A DNA stretch of 64,000 nt, from positions 34,198-98,197 of the forward strand of contig JAFTIR010000003.1 in the NCBI GenBank assembly GCA_017456765.1, read 5' to 3'. Under the pieces are notes generated by a model that had not been told where the DNA came from, did not search any database, and was given only the letters and a program-made list of their open reading frames with translations. Within the stretch, counting starts at the first letter, position 1. Every line of letters starts with the position of its first letter. Both the position numbers and the translations under genes were made by a program. The DNA comes from Clostridia bacterium. Lineage in GTDB: Bacteria > Bacillota > Clostridia > Oscillospirales > CAG-382. Positions 52,421-62,515 of the stretch are shown here, piece after piece.

Positions 52421-52999
52421 ATGAGTAACACAACAAATATTATGATTTGCGGTGTCGGCGGACAGGGAAGCCTTCTTGCCAGCCGAATCCTTGGCAATAC
52501 CTTCATATCTCAGGGTTATGATGTCAAAGTGTCCGAGGTACACGGAATGAGCCAGAGAGGCGGTAGCGTTGTAACCTATGTAAAGTACGGCGAAAGGGTA
52601 GATTCACCCGTTATCTGTAAGGGCGAGGCGGACTTTCTTCTCTCCTTTGAGCTTTGCGAGGCAGCACGCTGGCTTCCTTACCTCAAGAAAGACGGCATAG
52701 TTGTAACAAGTACACAGAAGATAATGCCAATGCCCGTAATTATCGGTGCGGCAGAGTACCCTGAAAACATTGAAGAAAAGATAAAGAACACAGGCGTAAA
52801 GCTCATGTCGGCTGACGCTCTGTCTCTTGCTGAAGAATGCGGCACATCAAAGGCGGCAAATGTTGTTCTTATCGATATGTTTGCAAAGCATTCCGACATT
52901 CCCAAAGAGGAATACATAAAGGCTATTGAAATGTCCGTTCCCAAGAAGTTCCTTGAACTTAATCTTGAGGCTTTTGAAAAGGGCTACGCATTAGATTAA
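52421..52999 (+). CDS. iorB: Indolepyruvate ferredoxin oxidoreductase, beta subunit
   Basis: NIMICGVGGQGSLLASRILG and HGMSQRGGSVV are typical of the IorB / POR-gamma fold. GGAGG precedes ATG 52421. Confidence 0.88.
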   Translation: MSNTTNIMICGVGGQGSLLASRILGNTFISQGYDVKVSEVHGMSQRGGSVVTYVKYGERVDSPVICKGEADFLLSFELCEAARWLPYLKKDGIVVTSTQKIMPMPVIIGAAEYPENIEEKIKNTGVKLMSADALSLAEECGTSKAANVVLIDMFAKHSDIPKEEYIKAIEMSVPKKFLELNLEAFEKGYALD

Positions 53000-53272
53000 C
53001 TTACTTTTTTCTTTGCTGAAAAGAAAAAAGTAAGCAAAAAAGAAAAGAATTTCGGGACTATTTCTTGAAACTAAACTTAAATATCTGATGCCCGAATGAA
53101 GTATCGTCTGGTCGGCATATATGCAACCGACCAAACTCGACAAAAAAACACATGAATTGTAGGGCGGGGGCTTGCTCCCGCCTTCATTACGTTTCAATAT
53201 GGTTTTGTTCGACAACAATAGTAACTTGCTAATATTTCACAACAAATAGTTGAAATCACACAAATTGAAAGG
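53000..53272. repeat. Hairpin-rich intergenic region
   Basis: Hairpins at 53000..53034 (15-bp stem CTTACTTTTTTCTTT/AAAGAAAAAAGTAAG), 53109..53133 and 53163..53182. Confidence 0.55.
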
Positions 53273-53339
53273 TTGACCGAGGTCATCCTTTTTTGTTATA
53301 ATGAGAGTGCAAAAACAAATGGAGATGCAATTCATGAAA

Positions 53340-53487
53340 ACGGAGGAACAAAAAAAAAGAAGTTTCTGATTTTGCTTGTAGCAACTCTTTTGCTTGCCAC
53401 AGGAGCAAACGCCGCATTTGAAAAGGTAAACACTTATGAAAACAACTTTTCAGATGTGAGTGAAAACAACTGGTTCTATGAAAACAA
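53340..53487 (+). pseudogene. Truncated remnant of the 5' end of an SLH-domain paralog (third, decayed copy)
   Basis: It translates to KKKFLILLVATLLLATGANAAFEKVNTYENNFSDVSENNWFYEN, homologous to the first ~45 aa of the two genes downstream. The ATG is replaced by an A9 run, homology stops after FYEN, and a stop follows within 17 codons. A promoter-like TTGACC-18-TATAAT lies at 53273..53305. Confidence 0.55.
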
Positions 53488-53554
53488 AAGGCCAATTTAC
53501 GTCAGCATTTTGTCATTTTTACTCAAATTTACATAAAATTTGTACTTCATTACA

Positions 53555-53583
53555 TTTACTTTTATGTTTCCTGAATGTATAAT
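53555..53583 (+). promoter_or_regulatory. Sigma-A promoter for SLH paralog 1
   Basis: TTTACT (53555..53560), 17 nt, TATAAT (53578..53583). Confidence 0.45.
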
Positions 53584-53625
53584 GTTGACGTGGATATAAC
53601 CATAAAAAACAAAGGAGAAAGAAAA

Positions 53626-56214
53626 ATGAAAAAAATCCTGTCTCTTGTTCTTGCTTGCCTTTTGCTTGCCACAGGTACATTTGCGGCATTTGAAAAGACA
53701 AATAAGTACGAAAATAACTTTACAGACGTAAAGGAAAACAATTGGTTCTATGAAAACGTAAAGACAGCATATGAGCTCGGCTTTATGAACGGTAAGTCCG
53801 AGGGCAAGTTTGACCCCGATGGAAATGTTACAGTTGCTGAGGCTCTTACAATGGTGTCCCGACTTCATGCTATTTATAACGGCACAGAAGTCACAAAGAA
53901 GGACAAGAGCGACTATGTTATTGAGTTTGATGATCCCGAAGTTCTCGTAGATTTGTCAGAGAGAAACTCCATAAATAAGAATGGTGTCAACTTCAAGAAC
54001 GGAACAGGTGAAATCAAAGACAGTATGCTTATTTGTAAAGCTCAGGCTAAAGCAGATGGCAACTTTGATACACAAATCAAGTTTGAGGGCCTTGAGCTTA
54101 ATACCAAGGACTACAATAAAGTTACCTTCCGTATGAAAAGAGATTTTCTTCCAAATACCGATCCCGAAGCGGCAAGATATGAAATAATTGAGTTTTTCTT
54201 CCAGACAAGCACCGCTCCCGGCATTTCGGCATCAAGACAGATAAATATCAGACTTTCGCATATAAAGGATTTGACAGAATGGTTTGAGGTTGAAGCTGAC
54301 CTTGGAAATCATGCACAGTGGACAGATATTCTTACAGGCTTCCGTTTTGACCCCACAAACAATAACGGCGTATATTATATAGACTACATCAAATTCTCAA
54401 AGAGCGATAACATTAAGAATGAAAAGTGGTACGATATGTATGTTGACTATGCTGTTGAAAAGTCCATTATTGACAATGACAGCTTCTCGACAGATGAATA
54501 TTCAAGAAATATCACAAGACGTGAAATCTGCGAACTTATTGCAAAGGCAATCCCCGAGGAAAACTTTGCACCTATCAACGTTGTAAAGGGCATTCCCGAT
54601 GTGCTTCGTGATGAAAAGAATTCTGATGTGTACCTTATGCTCTATAAAGCAGGTATTCTTCTCGGTTCCGATGATAAGGGTTCGTTAAAGCCTGATTCCG
54701 ATATTAAGAGATCAGAAATTGCAGCTATCATCAACCGTATCGCGCTTCCCGAAAACAGAGTAAAGGGAACAGTTGAATATGACTGGGCAACCCAGGGTAA
54801 TGAATACGATGTGGAATTCAATGATGAAGCATCACTTTCCAAGGTTGTTCTCGGTAAGGCGACAGGTGAAATCAAGAACGGTGCACTTGTACTCACAGCA
54901 ACTGATATGGGTGATAGGACTCCAAGATACGACCCGCAGATTGGTGTTGAGAATATCGCTATAGCTGCAGAGGACTATACAAAGCTTAAAGTTAGAATGA
55001 AGGCCGAATATATCGGTGAAGTTGCAGACAGAGCAGATAGATTTGACTTCTACTTCAAAACCGATATAGATAACGAGCTTTCCGAAACAAAAGCAATTCA
55101 TAAGAAGCCTATAGAGGCAGGATACATCGACAACGCAGGCTGGTATGTAATCGAGGTTGACTTTGCAACACATAAGGACTGGAAGGGAACAATCACAGGC
55201 TTCCGCTTTGACCCTGCCACAACAAACGGTATTTATACAATCGACTATATAAGACTCATAAAGAATGACCCGCTCTTTAATGCTTCCCACGAAACACTTC
55301 TTTCACAGGGCTATACAGCATCAACACTTCTTGAAGATAAGGGCTTTGAAAACGGACTTTATGTTGAACCCTATAACAGCAGTTATGAAATTGATAAGAC
55401 AGATAAGAGAACATGGTATCCTTTAGGTAATACATCCGATAAAACTCCTAACTGGACCGCATGTCCTTTGCACTGTGGTATTGATATGTGGCTCGAAAGA
55501 GATACAACAACAGGTAGCACTGTTCTCAAGGACACAAAGGGAGCAAACACTCTCATATATAATCCCGAAGATGGTTCACTTTCCTTCAGGGTAGATGCTA
55601 CAAAGATTTACGAAGGTAAGCCTCATATTCAGGAAGAATATACCTACTGGCCTCACCTTCTTATCAATCAGCCAAAGACCAGAACATCTACAAAGAAGCC
55701 TATAACAAGCGACAGAATATTTGTTGAGCTTGATATAAGGGTTTCCGATCTCAAGGATACAATAAATCCCGAGGGCATGAACAAGCTTCAGTTCCCGCTT
55801 TTCTTCTATCTTGTTACAGATAAAGCTCCAAGCCACCTTATCTGGTTCGGTGTTTCGCTGCTGAATAGTATGGATTATCTCACAACAACGACTCCCGGTT
55901 GGGTACCTGACTCGGCGGCTCATATGTATATGTACAGTGTTCCCATGGCAACAACCTATGGAGGCAAGGAAAATTCCATTTACGGCGAGGACGGAAAGCT
56001 TGAGGCAAGTGACGAGTGGACTCATATAAGAGTTGATATCACACCTCACATTGACAGAGCTCTTGAATGGGCAAACCGCGATAACGCATACGGAATGAAG
56101 GTTACAAAGGAAGACCTTTACTTCTCGGGCGGAAATATCGGCTTTGAAATCCACGGCAACTATGACTGTACCGTTGAAATTAAAAACCTCGATATGATTT
56201 TCTACGACAAATAA
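53626..56214 (+). CDS. Secreted SLH-domain protein (paralog 1) with a duplicated unknown domain and an uncharacterised ~300-aa C-terminal domain
   Basis: Has a signal peptide (MKKILSLVLACLLLATGTFAA). SLH-like modules begin at FTDVKENNWFYENVKTAYELGFMNGKSEGKFDPDGNVT, at EKWYDMYVDYAVEKSII and at IPDVLRDEKNSDVYLMLYKAGILLG. An internal duplicated domain ends in GFRFDP..NNG.Y.IDYI. Confidence 0.72.
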   Translation: MKKILSLVLACLLLATGTFAAFEKTNKYENNFTDVKENNWFYENVKTAYELGFMNGKSEGKFDPDGNVTVAEALTMVSRLHAIYNGTEVTKKDKSDYVIEFDDPEVLVDLSERNSINKNGVNFKNGTGEIKDSMLICKAQAKADGNFDTQIKFEGLELNTKDYNKVTFRMKRDFLPNTDPEAARYEIIEFFFQTSTAPGISASRQINIRLSHIKDLTEWFEVEADLGNHAQWTDILTGFRFDPTNNNGVYYIDYIKFSKSDNIKNEKWYDMYVDYAVEKSIIDNDSFSTDEYSRNITRREICELIAKAIPEENFAPINVVKGIPDVLRDEKNSDVYLMLYKAGILLGSDDKGSLKPDSDIKRSEIAAIINRIALPENRVKGTVEYDWATQGNEYDVEFNDEASLSKVVLGKATGEIKNGALVLTATDMGDRTPRYDPQIGVENIAIAAEDYTKLKVRMKAEYIGEVADRADRFDFYFKTDIDNELSETKAIHKKPIEAGYIDNAGWYVIEVDFATHKDWKGTITGFRFDPATTNGIYTIDYIRLIKNDPLFNASHETLLSQGYTASTLLEDKGFENGLYVEPYNSSYEIDKTDKRTWYPLGNTSDKTPNWTACPLHCGIDMWLERDTTTGSTVLKDTKGANTLIYNPEDGSLSFRVDATKIYEGKPHIQEEYTYWPHLLINQPKTRTSTKKPITSDRIFVELDIRVSDLKDTINPEGMNKLQFPLFFYLVTDKAPSHLIWFGVSLLNSMDYLTTTTPGWVPDSAAHMYMYSVPMATTYGGKENSIYGEDGKLEASDEWTHIRVDITPHIDRALEWANRDNAYGMKVTKEDLYFSGGNIGFEIHGNYDCTVEIKNLDMIFYDK

Positions 56215-56363
56215 AAAGCTTTGCCTCCCTTGTATAAAAGCAGGGGAGGCGTTCGTGTATTATAAAAACCGTGTCGGTGTGACATGGTTTTTCGTTATTT
56301 AAGCGACAATAAAGGTTTGTTTGGCACGGAGCCTGCCCCCCGCCTTTTTTGCCAAAAAAACTC

Positions 56364-56392
56364 TTTACACGGCACAAAATATGTGGTATAAT
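56364..56392 (+). promoter_or_regulatory. Sigma-A promoter for SLH paralog 2
   Basis: TTTACA (56364..56369), 17 nt, extended -10 TGgTATAAT (TATAAT 56387..56392). Confidence 0.55.
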
Positions 56393-56432
56393 ACCAAATA
56401 TAATACTTCTTATATAAAAAAGGAGAGAAAAA

Positions 56433-59024
56433 ATGAAAAAGTTTCTGATTGTTCTCATGGTGGCTCTTTTGCTCGCAACGGGCACAAACGCTGCATTTGA
56501 AAAGGTCAACACCTATAACGGTAACTTTTCCGATGTTGCAGACTCTTCCTGGTATGCAGAAAATGTAAAAACGGCTTTCGAGCTCGGCTTTATGAACGGC
56601 AAGTCCGAGGGCAAGTTTGACCCAAACGGCAATGTTACGGTTATTGAGGGTATCACAATGACCTCTCGCCTTCATGCGATTTACAATGACACAGAGGTAA
56701 AAAAGAGTGAGAAGAAGATTGAAGAATACCGCTTTGACTTTGATGACCCCTCGATACTTGTTGACCTTTCCGAAAGAAACTCAAGAAACACAAACGGCAT
56801 TAATTTTGGCAGAGCAACAGGCAGAATTGAAGACGGTGTGCTTATCGCACAGCCCGAGGGACTCAACCAGCACGGCAGCTATGACCCCCAGATTAAGTTT
56901 GAGGGACTTGAGCTTGAAGCAAAAAAATATGATAAGGTAACCTTCCGCATGAAGAGGGATGAGCTTCCCAATCCCAACGGCGGTGCAAGAGATGAAAAAC
57001 TGGAATTCTTCTTTAAGACCAATGTTTCGGGAAGCATTTCGGCAGATAAGTGCGTAAAAATCAAGCTTCCGACCGATAAAGACCTTTCAGAGTGGTTTGA
57101 AGTTGAAGCAGATCTTGGCGGACACGAACAGTGGAAGGACCTTATAACCGGCTTCCGTTTTGACCCCACAAACAACAACGGCGTATACTATATCGACTAC
57201 ATCGTTCTTTCAAAGAGCGAAAACATCAAGAGCGATAAATGGTATGATATGTATGTTGACTACGCTACCGAAAACGGGCTTATAGATGTTGACACATATG
57301 TATCGGATGAATATTCGAGAAACATTACAAGAAGAGAAATCTGTGAAATGTTTTCAAAGGCAATTCCCGAAGAACATTTCGCACCCATAAATGATGTAAA
57401 GGGTATTCCCGATGTTCTCAGAGACGAAAAGAATGCAGATGTGTTCCTTATGCTCTATAAGGCAGGCGTGCTTTTAGGTGACGAAAATGGTTATTTCAAT
57501 CCCGACACCGATATTAAACGAAGCGAAATCGCGGCAATCATAAACAGAGTAGCCCTCCCCGAAAACAGAGTTAAGGGAGTGGTTAGTGCCGACTGGGCTT
57601 CTCAGGGCAATGAATATGATGTTGAATTTGCAGATGAAGCATCACTCTCCAAGGTTGTTATCGGCAAGAGTGAGGATGTAAAGATTGTAAACGGTGCTCT
57701 TGTTCTCAAATCCAAGGATATGGGAGATACAACCAAGGCAAGATTTGACGCACAGATTGGCGTTGAAAATATTGCTATTGCTGCAGATGACTATAAAAAG
57801 CTAAAAGTCAGAATGAAGGCTGAATATGTAGGTGAAGTAGGTAATACAAAGTTTGACTTTTACTTCAAGACCTCGGAGGACTCAAACCTTTCCGAATCAA
57901 AGTCATTACACGCAGAGCCTGCATCAAGCGGATATGTTGATGCTTCGGGCTGGTATGTAATCGAGGTTGATTTCACAACCCATAAGGCATGGAAGGGAAC
58001 AATCACGGGCTTCCGCTTTGACCCCGGTAATACAAACGGCATTTATACTATTGACTATATAAGACTTGTAAAGCAGGACCCGCTTCTGAATGCAACCCAT
58101 GAAGAACTTTTGTCTCTCGGCTATACTGCAACAAGACTTCTTCAGGATGAAACCTTTGAAAGAGGATTTTTTGTAAACAGCCCCGACCAGACAATCCGCG
58201 ATAAAGCCGACAGAGTATGGCAGGACTATACAGATACAGACAAACTCCCCCTCTGGAGAATCAGCCCCCACTGGTCAAAGTACGATATGTGGACAGACAG
58301 AGATACGACCACGGATGAATATACAATAGCCGATAAGTACGGTGTGAACACCGTTACCTATAATCCCGAAGAAAAGTCCATAATAATGCGTCAGAACGCC
58401 ACAAAGTTCTATAACGGTGCACCTCATATTAATGAAGAACAAAAATGGTGGCCTCATCTTCTTCTCTCGCAGGACACAAACTTAGCGCCTCTTGATAAAA
58501 AGAGAAATTCTGCATCAGCTGACAGAATGTTTATGGAAATTGATGTAAGAATGAACGATTTTAAGAACACCACAAATCCTGAGGGAACAAATAATGCATT
58601 TTTCGGCATTAATTTCTATATGAGAACGGATAAGGCCCCGAACGAGCTTATATGGTTTGGTTTCAATATCTTCCACGGAATTTCGGCAAATGACAGGACT
58701 ACACCCGGCTGGTCGCCTGACTCTGCGGCACATTCTTATATGTACGGAATAAGACCCGCAACCGTGTTCGGCGGCATTGAAAATTCCTTTAATCCCGAGC
58801 CCGATGTTGTTGTAACGGGAGACGAATGGAAGCACATAAGAGTTGATGTAACACCCCATATTGAAAGAGCAATGGAGTGGGCAAACAGAGATAATGCATT
58901 CGGTGTTCCCGTAACTGCAGAGGATATGTACTTTGAGGGTGCGAACATCGGTTTTGAAACCCACGGTAACTACGACTACACATTTGAATTCAAGAACTTC
59001 AATATGGTTGCGTATAATAAGTAA
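56433..59024 (+). CDS. Secreted SLH-domain protein (paralog 2)
   Basis: Same length (863 aa) and collinear with paralog 1 throughout. Its downstream hairpins (GCCTCCCC...GGGGAGGC; AAAACCGTGTC...GACACGGTTTT) are also duplicated after both genes. Confidence 0.72.
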   Translation: MKKFLIVLMVALLLATGTNAAFEKVNTYNGNFSDVADSSWYAENVKTAFELGFMNGKSEGKFDPNGNVTVIEGITMTSRLHAIYNDTEVKKSEKKIEEYRFDFDDPSILVDLSERNSRNTNGINFGRATGRIEDGVLIAQPEGLNQHGSYDPQIKFEGLELEAKKYDKVTFRMKRDELPNPNGGARDEKLEFFFKTNVSGSISADKCVKIKLPTDKDLSEWFEVEADLGGHEQWKDLITGFRFDPTNNNGVYYIDYIVLSKSENIKSDKWYDMYVDYATENGLIDVDTYVSDEYSRNITRREICEMFSKAIPEEHFAPINDVKGIPDVLRDEKNADVFLMLYKAGVLLGDENGYFNPDTDIKRSEIAAIINRVALPENRVKGVVSADWASQGNEYDVEFADEASLSKVVIGKSEDVKIVNGALVLKSKDMGDTTKARFDAQIGVENIAIAADDYKKLKVRMKAEYVGEVGNTKFDFYFKTSEDSNLSESKSLHAEPASSGYVDASGWYVIEVDFTTHKAWKGTITGFRFDPGNTNGIYTIDYIRLVKQDPLLNATHEELLSLGYTATRLLQDETFERGFFVNSPDQTIRDKADRVWQDYTDTDKLPLWRISPHWSKYDMWTDRDTTTDEYTIADKYGVNTVTYNPEEKSIIMRQNATKFYNGAPHINEEQKWWPHLLLSQDTNLAPLDKKRNSASADRMFMEIDVRMNDFKNTTNPEGTNNAFFGINFYMRTDKAPNELIWFGFNIFHGISANDRTTPGWSPDSAAHSYMYGIRPATVFGGIENSFNPEPDVVVTGDEWKHIRVDVTPHIERAMEWANRDNAFGVPVTAEDMYFEGANIGFETHGNYDYTFEFKNFNMVAYNK

Positions 59025-59172
59025 ATAAATAATTGCCTCCCCGATAAAAAGGGGAGGCAAAGCTTTTTGGATACAATAAAAACCGTGTCGGTGTTTGACA
59101 CGGTTTTTTGTTATTTGAGCGACAATAAAGGCTTGTCTGGCACGGAGCCTGCCCGTGAATTGCCGGCGGGTG

Positions 59173-60087
59173 CTACCCGCGCATTAAAGTCGCCATAACA
59201 GCCTTCTGTGCATGAAGTCTGTTTTCGGCTTCGTCAAAGATTTCGTCTGCGTGTGCTTCAAACACCTCGTCTGTGATTTCCTCGCCTCTGTGTGCGGGCA
59301 GACAGTGCTGAACCATTGCGTCCTTCTTTGCAACGCTCATTACGTCAGCGTTTATCTGGTACTGTGCAAAAATTCTCTTTCTTTCTTCGATTTCTGCTTC
59401 CATGCCCATGCTGGACCATACGTCTGTAAAGAGTGCGTCGCAGTCCTCTGCCGCTTCCTTTACACTCTCTGTAAGGGTAAACTTGCCCTTGTACTGCTCT
59501 GCGTACTTAAGAACTGTGGGATCGGGTTCATATCCCTTGGGAGTTGCAACGGCAACATCCATGCCTGCCATAAGTCCGCCAACAACAAGGGAGTTTGCCA
59601 TGTTGTTTGCACCGTCGCCGATAAAGCACATCTTTCTGCCCTCGAAATTGCCCTTGTGCTCCCTTATTGTGAGAAGGTCAGCAAGAATCTGACAGGGATG
59701 AGCGTAGTCTGTAAGTGCGTTGATTACGGGGATGGAGGAATATTCTGCAAGCTCCTCTACGATTTCCTGACCGAAGGTTCTTATCATGATACCGTCAAGG
59801 TAACGGGAAAGAACTCGTGCTGTGTCCTTGATAGGCTCGCCGCGACCTAACTGTGTTTCCTTTGAGGAAAGGAAGAGTCCCATGCCGCCGAGCTGATAAA
59901 TACCCGTTTCAAAGGATACTCTTGTTCTTGTTGATGACTTTTCAAAAATCATACCGAGAGTCTTGCCCTCAAGTATTTTGTGGGGAATACCCTTTTTCTG
60001 CTTGTCTTTAAGGTCGGATGCAAGGTCAAGGAGATTGAATAATTCGTCTCTGTCTAAATCCTGCATCTTGAGAAAATCTTTTTTCAT
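59173..60087 (-). CDS. argF: Ornithine carbamoyltransferase
   Basis: Carries SSTRTRVSFE, HPCQILADL and CLPAHRGEE. It sits in an arginine-biosynthesis cluster. Confidence 0.92.
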   Translation of the reverse strand: MKKDFLKMQDLDRDELFNLLDLASDLKDKQKKGIPHKILEGKTLGMIFEKSSTRTRVSFETGIYQLGGMGLFLSSKETQLGRGEPIKDTARVLSRYLDGIMIRTFGQEIVEELAEYSSIPVINALTDYAHPCQILADLLTIREHKGNFEGRKMCFIGDGANNMANSLVVGGLMAGMDVAVATPKGYEPDPTVLKYAEQYKGKFTLTESVKEAAEDCDALFTDVWSSMGMEAEIEERKRIFAQYQINADVMSVAKKDAMVQHCLPAHRGEEITDEVFEAHADEIFDEAENRLHAQKAVMATLMRG

Positions 60088-60186
60088 CTTGTTTTTACCC
60101 TTTCTGTGGTGTTTTGTGTATTAAAATGGAAGGAATTTCGTAGAAATTCCAACCATACCTCTTACTTCTTCACTCTTACTTTTTAC

Positions 60187-61365
60187 TTATAGCAATTCTT
60201 GAAGAATTGCTACGCCCTCGTCGATTTCCTCGTGGGAAATGATAAGGGGAGGAAGAAGCCGTACTACGTCTTTTCCTGCCGTGAGGACAATAAGACCTGC
60301 TTCCAATGCCTTTGCCGAAATTTCGGAAGGAACAAGACTTGTCTTTATTCCTACCATAAGTCCCATGCCGCGTACCTCAAGGATTGTTTCCTTGCCGAGC
60401 TCGCGTAATTTCTGCATGAGGTATTCACCTTTTGCCGTCACTTCTTCAAGGAAAGCGGAATTTGAAACCTTGTCAAGTACATAAAGACCTGCCGCGCATG
60501 AAACGGGATTTCCGCCAAAGGTTGAGCCGTGCTGTCCCTTTGTGAGTACGGATGAACACTTCTCGTTTGCCACAAATGCACCCGTCGGCATACCACCGCA
60601 AAGTCCCTTTGCAAGTGTGAAGATGTCGGGCTTTATATCAAAGTTTTCAAAGGCAAAGAGCTTGCCCGTTCTTCCGACACCCGTCTGGATTTCATCGCAG
60701 ATAAGCAGAACATCCCTCTTTTTACACTCTTCTTCGAGAAAAGCGGCAAATTCCATGTCCATGAGATTTACGCCGCCCTCGCCCTGAATACATTCAAACA
60801 TCACGGCACATACATCGTCTGTGAGATTTGAAATAAGCGCATCCTTGTCGTTGTAAGGCGAATACTTGAAGCCCTCGGTAAAGGGGAAGAAGAAATTATG
60901 GAACACATCCTGACCCGTTGCGGCAAGTGTGGTTATAGTTCTTCCGTGGAAGGAAGAATTAAATGTAATAATTGTGCTTCTGCCTTCTCCGTACTTGTCA
61001 AAGCTGTACTTTCTTGCAAGCTTTATTGCACCCTCGTTTGCTTCAGCTCCGGAGTTTCCGAAAAAAACCTTGTCATAGCCTGAGAGGGTGCAGATTTTTT
61101 CGGCAAGACGAGCCACGGGCTCACAGGTAAAGTAGTTTGAAACATGCTGTGTTCTGTAGAGCTGTGCCGTTATTGCCTGAATGTAGCCCTCGTCCGCAGT
61201 ACCTAAAGAGAGTGTACCTATACCGCTGCCGAAGTCGATGTATTCTTTGCCGTCGTCGCCGTAGAGTTTGCAACCTCTGCCGCGCTCGACTGTTAAATCC
61301 TGTCTGCCGTATGTGTTCATCACATACTGCTTGTCAAGTTCTTTTATGGTTGGCATATTTATCAA
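60187..61365 (-). CDS. argD: Acetylornithine aminotransferase (class III PLP aminotransferase)
   Basis: Carries GNSGAEANEGAIKLARKY, DEIQTGVGRTGKLFA and TLAKGLCGGMP (the PLP lysine). Confidence 0.9.
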   Translation of the reverse strand: MINMPTIKELDKQYVMNTYGRQDLTVERGRGCKLYGDDGKEYIDFGSGIGTLSLGTADEGYIQAITAQLYRTQHVSNYFTCEPVARLAEKICTLSGYDKVFFGNSGAEANEGAIKLARKYSFDKYGEGRSTIITFNSSFHGRTITTLAATGQDVFHNFFFPFTEGFKYSPYNDKDALISNLTDDVCAVMFECIQGEGGVNLMDMEFAAFLEEECKKRDVLLICDEIQTGVGRTGKLFAFENFDIKPDIFTLAKGLCGGMPTGAFVANEKCSSVLTKGQHGSTFGGNPVSCAAGLYVLDKVSNSAFLEEVTAKGEYLMQKLRELGKETILEVRGMGLMVGIKTSLVPSEISAKALEAGLIVLTAGKDVVRLLPPLIISHEEIDEGVAILQELL

Positions 61366-61509
61366 TCCTTAAAGTGATTTTTGTTTAATTGGTGTAACCA
61401 AAATTCTTGGTAGTTTGGTCGGCTGCCTTGTGCCGGCCAAACGGTCGAAAGGAGCGACGCCAAACAATACGGTTTTTACTGTAATTCCCCGGAAAATGCC
61501 AGCGGTGGC

Positions 61510-62379
61510 TCACCGGGTAAACATTGTGCCTATACCTTCGTCGGAAAGCATTTCTATGAGAATTGAGTGAAGGAGTCTTCCATCGATAATGTGGGCTCTC
61601 TTTACTCCGCCTCTTACGGTGTCTGCACAGCAGTCAACCTTGGGAATCATGCCGCCCTTGATAACGCCTTCCGCTTTGAGTGCATCAATATCGGAAAGAG
61701 TAACTGTTGAAATGAGGCTGTCCTCGTCCTTTACATCGTGCATAAGACCCTTGATGTCTGTAAGAAGAATCAGCTTCTCAGCACCGAGCTCTATTGCAAT
61801 TTTTGCCGCCGCCGTGTCTGCATTTATGTTGTAAACACTGCTTTCTCCGTCAATGCCCATGGCAACGGTTGAAACTACGGGAATGTAACCCTTTTCAATG
61901 TTGTCGGAGATAATCTTTGTGTCAACTTCGACAATTTCTCCTACACAGCCGTAGTCGAATTCTCCGTCGGAGAGCTTTTTTGCCTTGATAAGACCGCCGT
62001 CAATGCCCGAAAGACCGATAGCTCTTCCGCCAATAGCTTCAATTCGGTTTACCAAATCCTTGTTGGTCTTACCTGCAAGTACCATCTGTACGACTTCTAC
62101 TGCTTCTTCGCTTGTGTAACGAAGACCGTTTATAAACTGTGTTTCAATGCCGAGCTTGTCAAACATGGAGCTTATTTCGGGACCGCCGCCGTGTACAAGC
62201 ACAACATTGATGCCGACAAGCTTTAAAAGTACAAGGTCAGAGATAACTGCATCTTTGAGTCCCTCGTTTGTCATGGCGTTTCCGCCGTATTTTACTACGA
62301 TTGTCTTGCCGTAGTATTCCTGTATGTAGGGAAGAGCCTGGATAAGCACCTTCGCCTTGTCAATGTTAGATATAAACAT
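61510..62379 (-). CDS. argB: Acetylglutamate kinase
   Basis: Carries VVKYGGNAM, VLVHGGGPEI and NINADTAA. Start is set at MFISNIDKAK, with GAGGAATTAGGA upstream. Confidence 0.9.
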   Translation of the reverse strand: MFISNIDKAKVLIQALPYIQEYYGKTIVVKYGGNAMTNEGLKDAVISDLVLLKLVGINVVLVHGGGPEISSMFDKLGIETQFINGLRYTSEEAVEVVQMVLAGKTNKDLVNRIEAIGGRAIGLSGIDGGLIKAKKLSDGEFDYGCVGEIVEVDTKIISDNIEKGYIPVVSTVAMGIDGESSVYNINADTAAAKIAIELGAEKLILLTDIKGLMHDVKDEDSLISTVTLSDIDALKAEGVIKGGMIPKVDCCADTVRGGVKRAHIIDGRLLHSILIEMLSDEGIGTMFTR

Positions 62380-62515
62380 TCCTAATTCCTCATTCCTGGC
62401 GGGGAGTCCCCGCTGACATTTCACGTTATAAGTTCGCGATAAACAAATGCTGTTAGTCGCTTAACGAACCCCGTTTGCGTTGCATAACGAGGCGACGCAA
62501 ACTAATTCCTGATTC

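Noticed and set aside
53497-53868. The minus-strand ORFs 53497..53868 and 56295..56675, each overlapping the start of an SLH gene.
   Set aside because: They are antisense to the signal-peptide and SLH regions of well-supported genes. They are duplicated only because the locus itself is duplicated, and they have no RBS.
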